Shown here in pieces: positions 51,311-61,561 of a stretch of 64,000 nt of DNA. Source of the stretch: an uncultured Desulfobacter sp. (lineage in GTDB: Bacteria; Desulfobacterota; Desulfobacteria; Desulfobacterales; Desulfobacteraceae). Every line of letters starts with the position of its first letter. Positions within the stretch are counted from its first letter, which is position 1. The stretch spans positions 6,688,001-6,752,000 of the forward strand of contig OY762069.1 of NCBI GenBank assembly GCA_963665095.1, given 5' to 3'. Under the pieces are notes generated by a model. The model was not told where the DNA came from and made no database searches. It was given only the letters and a program-made list of their open reading frames with translations. The translations under genes were made by a program, and so were the position numbers.

Positions 51311-51550
51311 TTATTCGAATAACCAGCTGTATTCCAAGCCCGGTCCCATACATTTCCAACCATCATCAAGTAATGAGAGACCTGTTGAGTTGAAATCAAT
51401 ATCGGTCTGGCGCTCAATGACAGCGACATTGCCATTCTGGTTTGATTGAAACGCCACAGCTTTTCCATGTTTATGCAGGAGTACGAAGTTATTAGCGCCT
51501 TTTTGAAAGAGCCTTTGTAAGCCGGCTTTCGGAAAATCATTTTCATTCAT
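51311..51550 (-). CDS. Small hypothetical protein (79 aa)
   Basis: GAGGGGGAG RBS; protein-like composition. Confidence 0.55.
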   Translation of the reverse strand: MNENDFPKAGLQRLFQKGANNFVLLHKHGKAVAFQSNQNGNVAVIERQTDIDFNSTGLSLLDDGWKCMGPGLEYSWLFE

Positions 51551-51610
51551 CGTTTGTACTCCCCCTCGAATTGCCCGCCTTTTGCAGGCATCCCTTGAAC
51601 CTATAATTGT

Positions 51611-52243
51611 TCAGGATTCCACACTGGCAGTGGCCAGTTTAAACGCTAATCCCGCAAATATGGTACCGGCAATACGGTTCATGTATACCTGAATCCGGGG
51701 AGACCGGCTCAGCAGTCGGCCCAGGTTGCCTGCGGCCAGAGCAACACCACTGAATACTAAAAAAGTCATTAGAATAAAAATCAGCCCGAGCATCATTACC
51801 TGCACTGCCACGGAGCCATTGGCAGGGGATGTAAACTGGGGTAAAAAGGCCAGAAAAAATATAGAGACTTTGGGGTTGGTAATATTCATGATGATTCCCC
51901 GCCGGTAGAGCCTGGCAGCTGATAATGAATTTGCCGCCTCATTATCAAACCGGGAAGCGGACGATCTGAATGCCTGCCAGGCCAGATATAAAAGATAGGC
52001 GGCCCCAACTGTTTTTAAAATGGTAAAGGCCAGTACCGAGGCCTGAAAAACAGCCGCTACCCCGAAAGCCACAGCACAGGTATGGAAAATTAAGCCGGTG
52101 CACAGCCCTAGGGTAACCAGAACCCCTTTTTTCCATCCAAGCAGCGCTGACTGTGTGAGGACAAAAATATTATCCGGGCCCGGGGCCAGTGCAAGCAACG
52201 CCGAAGCAAGGGTAAATGCGACCAGGGACTGTGGAGATACCAT
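51611..52243 (-). CDS. LysE/RhtB-family exporter
   Basis: LAPGPDN, GAAYLLYLAW, NITNPKVSIFFLAFLPQF. Confidence 0.92.
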   Translation of the reverse strand: MVSPQSLVAFTLASALLALAPGPDNIFVLTQSALLGWKKGVLVTLGLCTGLIFHTCAVAFGVAAVFQASVLAFTILKTVGAAYLLYLAWQAFRSSASRFDNEAANSLSAARLYRRGIIMNITNPKVSIFFLAFLPQFTSPANGSVAVQVMMLGLIFILMTFLVFSGVALAAGNLGRLLSRSPRIQVYMNRIAGTIFAGLAFKLATASVES

Positions 52244-52264
52244 CTGTTTTTCCTTTTTTAGTTG

Positions 52265-53476
52265 TTATTCTGTTCCGTTTTTCAGCAGGCGAAGATCCCG
52301 TTTTACAATAATTCCCTTGGCCAGTTTCCCCAACACCCGGGTTCGGGCCAGGGGCTGATTTTTATGGGCCAGCAGTTCCTGGTTCAGCTCATCCCGGTCT
52401 GCCGGGGGTGGGGCCTGCCCCTGCCTGGGAACAAGTGAAAGAGCGCCCGGCCTGCAGGCGGCAACGCACTGGCCACAGCCGATGCAGCGGTCCGGATCAA
52501 TGAACGGCCCTGTTTTTTTCTTTTGTTCATTGGTTTGTTCGGGAAAGGACAGGGCCTTGACAGGACATTTACCTGCACATTGTCCGCAGGCCACGCACGT
52601 GTCAGGGGATAGAACCACCTTGAACCCTGTCTCCCAGAAATCCAGGGGCAGGGGTAGTTCCTTGTGCAGGCTGAGCATGGAACAGCAGCAGCCGCAGCAG
52701 GCGCATAAGAATTCAAGCTTCCGGGTGTTGGAGGGCTGGAGGACCAGGCCCTCTTCCTGGTTTTGGGTGATGATTTCCAAAACTTGGGTTTTTGTTATCT
52801 GCCGGCCTAATTGCATTTTGATCAGGGTCTGGGCAATGCTGCCCATGGCCAGGCAGGTCTCCTCCCGGCTGGTTTGGCTGCAAAGCTCTCCCTGCAGTGC
52901 TTTCTTTTTCCTGCAGATGCATGGCAGCACCACAAACGGCGGCTCTGCCTTTTCAAGAAGAAAAAGGATCCGGTCATATTCTGCCACCGGCAGGTCCGGG
53001 ACAATACTTTTATTGACGGGGATTGTCCGCATTTGTGACCGGCCAGTGCCCAAAAATGAAATGCCAAACCGTTTTGTTGAGGTGTAGGCCTTGAAATCCC
53101 GGATAAATTCCGGTGTGAGACGGTCAACCTGAAGTTCGTAGATTCCTACCACCAAAGGAACGGTGGCATAAACATCCCGGTTGTTATTCCGGTGGTATTC
53201 AATGCCCCCTTTTTTGACCATGGCTGTGAGATGCGTTTTTAAAGCGTCCTTTGACGGAACCATATGACCAGCCTGATCAAAAATTGCGTCCACGGGCTGA
53301 GGCTCATGGTTCAGGCAGGTGGCGATCCTAGCCTCAACAGGAGAGAAAACATGCTTGAGCAGCCGGATGTCCGAACCATCGGCAGCCGCTGGAAATCCTA
53401 CCGGCTGCCGGTCCAGGTGCTGCTGCAGCTTTCTGTAGGGGAGGTCTTCCGGGGGTGTGGGTATGGGTTTTTTCAT
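52265..53476 (-). CDS. 4Fe-4S ferredoxin-domain protein
   Basis: CICR, CACCGCCC, CVACGQCAGKCP, CIGCGQCVAAC; start uncertain. Confidence 0.85.
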   Translation of the reverse strand: MKKPIPTPPEDLPYRKLQQHLDRQPVGFPAAADGSDIRLLKHVFSPVEARIATCLNHEPQPVDAIFDQAGHMVPSKDALKTHLTAMVKKGGIEYHRNNNRDVYATVPLVVGIYELQVDRLTPEFIRDFKAYTSTKRFGISFLGTGRSQMRTIPVNKSIVPDLPVAEYDRILFLLEKAEPPFVVLPCICRKKKALQGELCSQTSREETCLAMGSIAQTLIKMQLGRQITKTQVLEIITQNQEEGLVLQPSNTRKLEFLCACCGCCCSMLSLHKELPLPLDFWETGFKVVLSPDTCVACGQCAGKCPVKALSFPEQTNEQKKKTGPFIDPDRCIGCGQCVAACRPGALSLVPRQGQAPPPADRDELNQELLAHKNQPLARTRVLGKLAKGIIVKRDLRLLKNGTE

Positions 53477-53792
53477 GAATTTGTGATATGCGATTTCCAA
53501 TGGCCTGTCAATGGGAGGAAAATGGATATTATTTCAGGGCGTATCGTTTTTGTGTAAAATGCCGGCTGTTAATTGAGCCAGTGAATTTATAGCAAAAAAA
53601 ATATCCCTTAGAAAACGAGGCCCTTTGATGTTGAAATATATGTTGGACACCCATATCGTATTTATGTGATGATGCATGGACCAGTTGACCTGCCAGGTAT
53701 TTTTAATGCAGACATCTTTTTGCTTTAACTTATAGAGATGCTTGAATAAAATTAGAGCGGCGTGAATAAAAAACAATCATCAAAGGGAATCC

Positions 53793-54023
53793 ATGGTAAT
53801 TTTTGGAAAAAATGGCTTTGTGCGCAGGCAGGAGATAGGGTTTGCCAAAAAATTGCTTGTCTGGAAGTATGAAAAGTCCGGCATGGTTGCGCCTGACGAG
53901 GCGGATATTTCTGCGCATGCCCAAAGAATTGTTGAACAGGCCCATGTCATCGCGAAAAATACCGGCAGCAATGTGTTTGAAATTTTAAAAGAGAGTGTCA
54001 AAGAGATTAAAAATAAAGGGTAA
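53793..54023 (+). CDS. Small hypothetical protein, first gene of operon
   Basis: AGGGA RBS; 14 nt before the DAHP synthase gene. Confidence 0.6.
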   Translation: MVIFGKNGFVRRQEIGFAKKLLVWKYEKSGMVAPDEADISAHAQRIVEQAHVIAKNTGSNVFEILKESVKEIKNKG

Positions 54024-54037
54024 AACGGAAACAGAAC

Positions 54038-55399
54038 ATGACAACGAACAGCAAAATCACGCAATCTGGATGGACAAAATCAGGATGGAAAAATTATACA
54101 GCCCTTCAGCAGCCCAACTGGCCGGATCTTAAAGAGTTGGAAAAAGTCAGTCAAGATCTGGCCCTGCTGCCGCCGCTGGTGTTTGCCGGAGAAATACGAA
54201 CGTTAAAAGAGTTGCTGGCCAAAGCCTCAAAAGGGGAAGCGTTTCTGCTCCAGGGAGGGGACTGTTCAGAGGATTTTTCTGAAGTCACAGCGCCCACCAT
54301 CAGGGAAACCATGAAGGTGCTGCTGCAGATGGCCGTTGTCATGACCTATGCCGGTGGGAAACCTGCCATTAAAGTGGGCCGGATTGCAGGACAGTTTGCC
54401 AAGCCCCGTTCGTCGGATACGGAAACTGTGGATGGTGTTGAACTGCCGTCCTATCGTGGGGACATGGTAAACAAAAGCGAACCCACCATGAGTGCCCGTA
54501 CACCCAATCCCAAATATATGCTCAAAGGGTATTATATGGCCGCTGCCACCCTGAATCTTTTGCGGGCATTTACCCGGGGCGGTTACGCAGCCCTTCACCG
54601 GGTTCAGGCCTGGAACCAGGAGTTTGTGGCGCAATCCCCCATGGGTCGGTCCTACGACCGCCTGGCCAAACAGATTGACCAGGCCATCCGGTTCATGAAC
54701 ACCATCGGGATTCCCACAGATATTCCCCAGGTCAATCAGACCCAGATTTTCACCTCCCACGAAGCCCTGTTGCTGCCCTATGAAGAGGCCTTGACCCGGG
54801 TGGATTCCACCACCGGAGACTGGTATGACTGTTCCGCCCACATGCTCTGGATCGGAGAGCGGACCCGGCAGGTGGACGGGGCCCATGTGGCGTTTTTAAA
54901 AGGGGTGCTCAATCCCATTGGGGTCAAGATCGGTCCGGATCACGATATCGACAATATCAAACAGCTCATTGAAATACTCAATCCTGAAAACGAGCCCGGA
55001 AGACTGACCCTGATCACCCGGATGGGCTGTGATCATATTGAAAACAGACTGCCTCCTCTGCTCAGGGAGATCAAAAAAACAGGGGCTCATGTGGTGTGGA
55101 ACTGCGACCCCATGCATGCCAATACCTATACATCGGATTCCGGTCACAAGACCCGGGATTTTAATAATATTTTAATGGAGATCACCCGGTTCTTTGAGAT
55201 TCACTGGGCGGAAGGCACGATCCCTGGCGGTGTTCATCTTGAAATGACTGGCAAAAATGTCACCGAATGTGTGGGTGGCGCCAGAAACATTGTCAGTGAA
55301 GAGCTTCACAGCCGGTATGATACCACCTGTGACCCCCGGCTTAACGCGGAGCAGAGCCTTGAGGTGGCATTCCAGATCGCTGACATGATCAGGCGTTAA
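54038..55399 (+). CDS. DAHP synthase class II
   Basis: LQGGDCSE, GRIAGQFAKPRS, LWIGERTRQ, CDPMHAN, GVHLEMTG, CDPRLN. Confidence 0.95.
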   Translation: MTTNSKITQSGWTKSGWKNYTALQQPNWPDLKELEKVSQDLALLPPLVFAGEIRTLKELLAKASKGEAFLLQGGDCSEDFSEVTAPTIRETMKVLLQMAVVMTYAGGKPAIKVGRIAGQFAKPRSSDTETVDGVELPSYRGDMVNKSEPTMSARTPNPKYMLKGYYMAAATLNLLRAFTRGGYAALHRVQAWNQEFVAQSPMGRSYDRLAKQIDQAIRFMNTIGIPTDIPQVNQTQIFTSHEALLLPYEEALTRVDSTTGDWYDCSAHMLWIGERTRQVDGAHVAFLKGVLNPIGVKIGPDHDIDNIKQLIEILNPENEPGRLTLITRMGCDHIENRLPPLLREIKKTGAHVVWNCDPMHANTYTSDSGHKTRDFNNILMEITRFFEIHWAEGTIPGGVHLEMTGKNVTECVGGARNIVSEELHSRYDTTCDPRLNAEQSLEVAFQIADMIRR

Positions 55400-55413
55400 T
55401 TGAAAAAGGACAT

Positions 55414-56208
55414 ATGATTACGGAAAAGAAATTTAAAGCAGGGGCTGTGCAGTTTGATGTGAAGAACGGGGATGTCCCGGGAAATCTTTCAACTGCACTT
55501 GAGTATCTGGGGCATCTCGCAGATCAGGGGGCAAGCCTTGGGGTCTGTCCGGAGTTCTTTTTAACCGGGTTTGATAATGAAAATATGGCGCAGCTCATGC
55601 CGGCTGTGGAAGAGGGGCTTCAACAGCTTTCCCGGTTCGCCCGCAAGCGTTCCATGGCTGTTGCCGGAAGTCTGCCGGAGCAGAAGGACGGGCAGATATT
55701 TAATACCCTTTATTTTATTGACCGGGATGGAGAGATTAAAGCACGCTACCGGAAACTGCATCTGTTCCCTTTGACCGGGGAGGACCAGTATTATGCCCGG
55801 GGGGATGAGATGGTAACGGCAGATACCAGTTTGGGCTGCATCGGAATTATGATCTGTTATGACTTACGTTTTCCGGAGCTGGCCCGGCACCTTTATCTTG
55901 ACGGGGCAACGCTTTTTGTGGTCAGTGCCCAATGGCCCCTTGCCAGGGTGGCGCACTGGCAGGCCCTGATCCGGGCCCGGGCCATTGAAAACCAGTGTTG
56001 GTTTGTCTGCAGCGACCGTACCGGCATTGATCCGGACGGGCTTGAGTTTCCGGGCAGTTCCATGATTGTGGATCCGGATGGTAATGTGCTTGCCCAAGGG
56101 GATGATGCTTCCGGGGTGATCATAGCGGATATTGATATGGATCTGGTGAATCAGGTACGGGCCACCATTCCGGTGGGCCGGGACCGCAGGAATGATATAT
56201 ATGGATAA
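55414..56208 (+). CDS. Carbon-nitrogen hydrolase (nitrilase superfamily)
   Basis: E-K-C triad: CPEFF, YRKLHLF, ICYDLRFPE; RARAIENQ. Confidence 0.92.
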   Translation: MITEKKFKAGAVQFDVKNGDVPGNLSTALEYLGHLADQGASLGVCPEFFLTGFDNENMAQLMPAVEEGLQQLSRFARKRSMAVAGSLPEQKDGQIFNTLYFIDRDGEIKARYRKLHLFPLTGEDQYYARGDEMVTADTSLGCIGIMICYDLRFPELARHLYLDGATLFVVSAQWPLARVAHWQALIRARAIENQCWFVCSDRTGIDPDGLEFPGSSMIVDPDGNVLAQGDDASGVIIADIDMDLVNQVRATIPVGRDRRNDIYG

Positions 56209-56701
56209 AACACAGAGTGGAAAAATAGTCAGTCTTGATGAAATGTGCCGGCTCTCCCATGAGTACAGATCCGCAGGCCAGACCGTGGTGTTTACCAACG
56301 GCTGTTTTGATATCCTTCATGCAGGGCATGTGGCCTATCTTGAACAGGCAAGATCCTTTGGGAATGTGCTGGTGCTTGGGTTGAATTCAGATGCTTCCAT
56401 TCACGGGATCAAGGGGGAACTGCGGCCCGTGATCTGCCAGGAACAACGGGCACGGGTGGTGGCCGCTCTTGCCTGTGTGGGGCATGTGGTGTTGTTTGAT
56501 GCGCCGGATCCAGGGGATATGATCCGGGTGATTGCGCCCCATGTTCTGGTCAAGGGGGCGGACTGGCCCGAAGATAAAATCATTGGGGCGGAATTTGTGA
56601 AAAGCTACGGGGGGCGGGTGGAACGTATCGCCTTTGAAGAGGATATCTCCACCACCCGGATTATCGAGCGCATTGGGAAACGGTTTTATGGCGGTGCCTG
56701 A
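56201..56701 (+). CDS. rfaE2: D-glycero-beta-D-manno-heptose 1-phosphate adenylyltransferase
   Basis: VFTNGCFDILHAGH, GLNSDAS, LVKGADW, STTRIIERI. Confidence 0.9.
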   Translation: MDKTQSGKIVSLDEMCRLSHEYRSAGQTVVFTNGCFDILHAGHVAYLEQARSFGNVLVLGLNSDASIHGIKGELRPVICQEQRARVVAALACVGHVVLFDAPDPGDMIRVIAPHVLVKGADWPEDKIIGAEFVKSYGGRVERIAFEEDISTTRIIERIGKRFYGGA

Positions 56702-57473
56702 TCCTCTGGTCTTCAGTTGTCTGAGCGCTTTTCCTGAGCTGGTACACGGGGTGTTCCCGAGAACCGGCGGCCACAGCCAGGGTGTTTATGCCGGGTTAAA
56801 CTTAGGGTTAAGTACCGGGGATGACCGAGATATTGTGCATCAGAACCGGGTCGACGTGCTGGCAAGCCTGGGGCTGTCCCGGGCACTGTTTTTAAGCCAG
56901 GTGCATGGCAGTGAAATCCTTGTGGTGAGATCCGAGGCTGATGTGGCCGGCGGCCTGTGGACAGGGCAGGGGGCGCAACCGTCACGTGCTTTTACCGCGG
57001 ACGGCGTGGTGTCAAATGTAAAGGGCCTGGGTTTTGTCATCCAGGTGGCAGACTGTCAGGCTGTGGTGATGTATGATCCTGAAAAACAGGTGATCGCCAA
57101 TGTGCATTCAGGCTGGCGGGGTTCGGTGGCCAATATCCTTGGCAGATGCGTTAAGGTTATGGTAAGGACGTTTGGATGCAGGCCTGAGAATATCCGGGCT
57201 GGGGTTTCCCCTTCTCTTGGTCCGTGCTGTGCTGAATTTATCAATTATGAGAAGGAGATCCCGGAAGTCCTGTGGCCGTATAAAATTGATGGCCGCTTCC
57301 TGTTTGATTTCTGGCGGATGTCAGGGGATCAGCTTACGGCCTGCGGCGTGCAAAAGAGACATATTGAGATCATGGGGCTTTGCACAAAATGCAGTACGGA
57401 CTTGTTTTACTCCTACCGGGCTGACAAGGTGACCGGGCGGTTTGGATCCGCCATTGCATTGAAAGATAAATAA
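56688..57473 (+). CDS. pgeF: PgeF/YfiH family (purine nucleoside phosphorylase-like) protein
   Basis: RTGG.S, QVHG, VADC, HSGWRG, YSYR. Confidence 0.88.
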   Translation: MAVPDPLVFSCLSAFPELVHGVFPRTGGHSQGVYAGLNLGLSTGDDRDIVHQNRVDVLASLGLSRALFLSQVHGSEILVVRSEADVAGGLWTGQGAQPSRAFTADGVVSNVKGLGFVIQVADCQAVVMYDPEKQVIANVHSGWRGSVANILGRCVKVMVRTFGCRPENIRAGVSPSLGPCCAEFINYEKEIPEVLWPYKIDGRFLFDFWRMSGDQLTACGVQKRHIEIMGLCTKCSTDLFYSYRADKVTGRFGSAIALKDK

Positions 57474-57485
57474 GGACAAGAAATT

Positions 57486-58535
57486 ATGGATAAGCTGGAA
57501 CCGGTTTTTTTAACCCGTACAGTAAAAGCTGCCGGTTGAGCAGCCAAACTGGATCCGGGGGCCCTGGATAAAATTGTGTCAAAACTGGAACTGCCGTCTC
57601 ATCCCGATCTTGTTATCGGGCTTGAACATCCGGATGATGCCGGCGTTTTCCGGCTCAGTGCCGACTCAGCCCTGGTGCAGACCCTTGATTTTCTGACACC
57701 GGTGGCGGATGATCCGTACGAGTTCGGACAGATAGCTGCGGCCAATTCCCTTTCCGATGTATATGCCATGGGCGGCACTCCTGTCACCGTGATGAATATT
57801 GTCTGTTTTCCGTCATGCGACCTTAAAAAAGGTATTCTTCCCCGAATTCTGGAGGGGGGGCTGGATAAAATCAAGGAGTCCGGCGCCGCCCTGGTGGGTG
57901 GTCATTCCGTGGATGACCCTGAGATCAAGTACGGGCTTTCCGTCACAGGCCTTGTCCACCCGGACCGTGTCTGGGCCAACAGCCGGGCCAGGGCGGGGGA
58001 TGTCATTCTTCTGACCAAACCCATCGGCACCGGTGTCATCTCAACAGCCCTTAAGGGCGGACTTGCCTCACCCGACCAGGTCCGGGCAGCCGTTGAAACC
58101 ATGGCCACCCTGAACAAGTACGCCGCACAGATTGCGCAGAAGTTTGAGATCCATGCCTGCACCGATGTCACAGGATTCGGTCTCGGGGGGCATTTGATCG
58201 AGGCTGCCAAGGGTGCGGGCATGCGCATTGAAATAGAAACCCGGAAAGTAGGCGTACTCGACGGGGTGATCGAGTTTGCATCCATGGGGCTGCTGCCCGG
58301 TGGTGCGCACAAAAACCGGCAGTTTTTTGAGACCCATATCCAGGTGGCCGAAGGCACGGATCCGGTGCTGCGGGATCTGATGTTTGATCCCCAGACATCC
58401 GGCGGGCTTCTGCTTTTCATGCCGGGGGATCAGGCCGTGCAATGTATGGATATCATGGAAAAAAATGGTATCCCGGCAAGGTGTGTCGGAAGCGTCAAAG
58501 GGCCGTATACCAACGGGTTTCTTGATATTGTGTAA
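57486..58535 (+). CDS. selD: Selenophosphate synthetase, selenocysteine-containing (UGA codon 18)
   Basis: ATG 57486 MDKLEPVFLTRTVKAAG-UGA(57537-39)-AAKL, in frame with the track ORF. DDAGV, QTLDF, AANSLSDVYAMGG, TDVTGFGL, DPQTSGGLL. Confidence 0.93.
57553..57569 (+). promoter_or_regulatory. Candidate bacterial SECIS hairpin
   Basis: ATCCGGG-GGC-CCTGGAT stem-loop starting 13 nt after the UGA, with G in the apical loop. Confidence 0.55.
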
Positions 58536-58704
58536 ACCTTTTTTTCACGTTGACTTCACCTTTGTCATATGATATTTGCTCTCAAGATAACTTGAAGAAC
58601 AATTTGCCGGGATAGCCAGGACGGAATTGCCAAAATAAAGAGAAAGAATAGTGACCGGCAAACCAGGCTGCCAAAAAAGACGTAAAAATTGCAAGGCGTA
58701 AAAA

Positions 58705-58926
58705 ATGGCAGAGAATAACAAAGGCGGAACCTTTCGTGAGCTGGGATATTTTGCAAGTCTTGGTATATCCGTAGCACTTGCCATTGTTATCGGTCTGGCC
58801 CTGGGATACTGGCTGGACACCATATTTGATACAAAACCTGTACTTTTGATGGTCGGACTCGGGTTCGGCATAGCTGCCGGATTCAGCAACATTATCCGGG
58901 CCGGGAAAAAAGCGGAAAAATATTGA
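58705..58926 (+). CDS. atpZ: AtpZ/AtpI-family protein
   Basis: Two TM helices, GYWLD..FDT.P, GIAAGF; first gene of F0 operon. Confidence 0.8.
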   Translation: MAENNKGGTFRELGYFASLGISVALAIVIGLALGYWLDTIFDTKPVLLMVGLGFGIAAGFSNIIRAGKKAEKY

Positions 58927-59327
58927 TGGAAGATCTTGAGAAAATAGTTAATTTTATCACTCGGACCAACTGGCTGCTCTTTCTGGGATCTAGCCTTGTC
59001 GCCTTGTTACTTGCCTCGGAGAAAGTCTATCTCGGCGTGTTTCTGGGTGGTCTGATCGTGACGATTAATTTTCATGTTCTCAAAAATACAGTGACCAAGA
59101 ATATTAACCAGCAGCGGGTGCTGGAAAAAGGGAGGTCCCTGATCGGCAGTCTTCTGGTGAAATACTATTTACGGTTTACATTGACGGCAGTGATTATTTT
59201 TCTGCTGATTGCAAACCACAGTGTTCATCCGGCAGGACTCCTGGCAGGCCTTTCCGTTGTAGTAGCAAGTACGTTTATAGCAGCGGCGATTGAATTAACC
59301 AAGATTATATTCAAGGAGGCGGTTTAA
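58926..59327 (+). CDS. atpI: ATP synthase protein I
   Basis: Four TM helices, NF..L, YYLRF; between atpZ and atpB. Confidence 0.8.
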   Translation: MEDLEKIVNFITRTNWLLFLGSSLVALLLASEKVYLGVFLGGLIVTINFHVLKNTVTKNINQQRVLEKGRSLIGSLLVKYYLRFTLTAVIIFLLIANHSVHPAGLLAGLSVVVASTFIAAAIELTKIIFKEAV

Positions 59328-59328
59328 G

Positions 59329-60018
59329 GTGGAACATCCATATCTATTTCTAACTTCGTTGTTTGGACTGTTTGGACTGGAAGACTGGGCAGGCGCACAT
59401 GCCCATGTTACCTACATGTGGCTGGCAATGATTATTCTTGTCATTCTGGGATGGATCGGCGGCAAAAGTGTTGGCCTGGTCCCCAAAACAGTTCAGAATG
59501 TTTTTGAAGTCATTATCTCCGGGCTCGAGGAGTTTATGGTTGGTATCACCGGCGAAGAGGGAAGGGATTCCTATCCGCTTCTGCTCACCGTGTTCCTTTT
59601 TGTTCTTTTAGGCAACTTGTTCGGCCTGATCCCGGGATTTTATCCTCCCACAGCCTCCATCAACACCACCGTGGCCCTGGCTGTCATTGTTGTGGGCTGG
59701 AGCCATGTGATCGGTATTAAAAAACACGGTGCCAAATATATCAAACACTTTTTAGGACCTGTACCTGCTCTCATGCCTTTGTTTCTGATCATTGAAGTGA
59801 TCGGGCACCTGGCTCGGGTACTGTCTCTTACCTTGCGTCTTTTTGGAAACATGATGGGCCACGAACTGGTTGTCGGCATTCTGCTGATGCTGGCCGGTCC
59901 CTTCCTGGTACCCCTTCCCATTATGGCAATGGGTATCCTGGTTTCCCTTATTCAGGCCATTGTATTCTTTCTGTTGCCGACCATGTACATCGCCGGCGCC
60001 ATTGAAGAAGCACACTGA
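59329..60018 (+). CDS. atpB: F0 ATP synthase subunit a
   Basis: QNVFE, NLFGLIPG, PTASIN, RVLSLTLRLFGN, IQAIVF. Confidence 0.95.
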   Translation: MEHPYLFLTSLFGLFGLEDWAGAHAHVTYMWLAMIILVILGWIGGKSVGLVPKTVQNVFEVIISGLEEFMVGITGEEGRDSYPLLLTVFLFVLLGNLFGLIPGFYPPTASINTTVALAVIVVGWSHVIGIKKHGAKYIKHFLGPVPALMPLFLIIEVIGHLARVLSLTLRLFGNMMGHELVVGILLMLAGPFLVPLPIMAMGILVSLIQAIVFFLLPTMYIAGAIEEAH

Positions 60019-60125
60019 TTTATTACTTAGAAGTTTTACGCAATACACGAACGATGTAGGCAGTTTTACGGGATTTTGGAAGAAGCCCGTTAGTTTATAA
60101 CACTTTTTATTAAAGGAGTAATCAC

Positions 60126-60395
60126 ATGGAATTTCTCGTTGGTAGTGTCTGGGCAGCAGGTTTTGCCATTGGCATCGCAGCTTTCGGTTGCGGTATTGGC
60201 CAGGGTCTTGGTTTGAATGGTGCCATGTCTGGTATCTCAAGAAACCCTGAAGCAGCTGGTAAAATCCAGGTTAACATGCTGATCGGTCTGGCTCTGATCG
60301 AATCACTTTGTATCTATGCTCTGGTTGTAGCGATGATCCTTCTGTTCGTTCATCCTGCAATCGGTCCTGCTGTTGCTGCACTTGGCGGACATTGA
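60126..60395 (+). CDS. atpE: F0 ATP synthase subunit c
   Basis: [21 protein letters not shown]. Confidence 0.95.
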   Translation: MEFLVGSVWAAGFAIGIAAFGCGIGQGLGLNGAMSGISRNPEAAGKIQVNMLIGLALIESLCIYALVVAMILLFVHPAIGPAVAALGGH

Positions 60396-60430
60396 TCCAC
60401 ACCGCCTGAAGCTTTTAGCATAGTAGTTTA

Positions 60431-60471
60431 AAAAGGGGGGCATCTTCCATTACGGAGGATGCCCCCCTTTT
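60431..60471 (+). terminator. Intrinsic terminator after atpE
   Basis: AAAAGGGGGGCATCTTCC...GGAGGATGCCCCCCTTTT. Confidence 0.85.
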
Positions 60472-60788
60472 GCGTTTTTTAGGAAAGCATCTGTTAGTTG
60501 AAAATGTGATAAATCAAATGAAACCACCAAGAGGATGGAGGACATGAAGATTGAGTCCCCGATCTATATTTTCATGTCTCAGTGCCCGTTGTGGTAAAAT
60601 ATAAAATATTTTGAGTTCAAATATCTGTCCGATGCTGAATTCCACAGAAAATAGGCAGGTCGTTTTAAATCGGGTTCATAAGAAAGGCTTTTCTCTTGCA
60701 TGGCTAAATTGGAACTGGTATTGTTAAATGCCATGTATCATATTTCTTCAATTATATCTCAAATGAGTGAAATCGCGGGGAGAGTTCA

Positions 60789-61196
60789 ATGACTGAGGAT
60801 TCCATAGATTTCCAGCCCATGCCCGGAGAAGAGTCCGAGAGTGGCCCGATTCGTCATTTATTCAGGGTGCCGGTAAGTTTAAATGACGATATACAGGTCA
60901 TCCTCGGCCAGGAAGCATATTCGGTATCCAACCTGTCGGCAACCGGAATCGCCGTAAATGCAAAAACCTGTTTTGATTTTAATTCCGGTCAGATTATAGA
61001 AAATGCTGAACTTAGAATAGAAGATGTTCACCTCACTGGACTGCGTGCCAAGGTGATTCACTGTTCTGTAGATGATTCAGGCAGCTTTCAGTTTGGTATT
61101 CAATGGGTGGATATGAACAGTGATGATCAGAAAACCCTTGACCAAACCCTTGTGCAACTCAAAGCCAGAGCTTTGAAACCTGATGATCTGACTTAA
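60789..61196 (+). CDS. PilZ-domain protein
   Basis: RHLFR (RxxxR) and NLSATG ((D/N)xSxxG) motifs; FGIQW. Confidence 0.8.
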   Translation: MTEDSIDFQPMPGEESESGPIRHLFRVPVSLNDDIQVILGQEAYSVSNLSATGIAVNAKTCFDFNSGQIIENAELRIEDVHLTGLRAKVIHCSVDDSGSFQFGIQWVDMNSDDQKTLDQTLVQLKARALKPDDLT

Positions 61197-61243
61197 GAGT
61201 AGCTCAGATAATCAAATGGTTTCCCAGGAGGGTTAAGAAACGG

Positions 61244-61561
61244 ATGGTTAAGAAAAAAAACGTCATGGAAAGTATCCTTGGTGCCGATGACAAAGAGTTT
61301 GAAGGGTCGGCAAAGGAACTTGACTGCCTGATTTACAAAGGTTCAGTAAAGGATGCTAAACCGGAGCCACCCTCACCATCGTCGTCTCGTTCGTCATGGA
61401 CGGCCTCCAAGGGTAATGTCTCTGTGGAAATATGGGAAGGAAAGGCCAAGATCAAAATTAAGGTCGGCTCGGAGGATTCTACCCATGTCTCCATGCGGAA
61501 ACTGGCAAGTATTGCTGTTGATGCCATCATGGCCGAGTTACAAAAGGAGAATGATCAGTGA
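61244..61561 (+). CDS. Hypothetical protein coupled to ParA-like gene
   Basis: AGGAGG upstream; GTGA overlap with next gene. Confidence 0.6.
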   Translation: MVKKKNVMESILGADDKEFEGSAKELDCLIYKGSVKDAKPEPPSPSSSRSSWTASKGNVSVEIWEGKAKIKIKVGSEDSTHVSMRKLASIAVDAIMAELQKENDQ

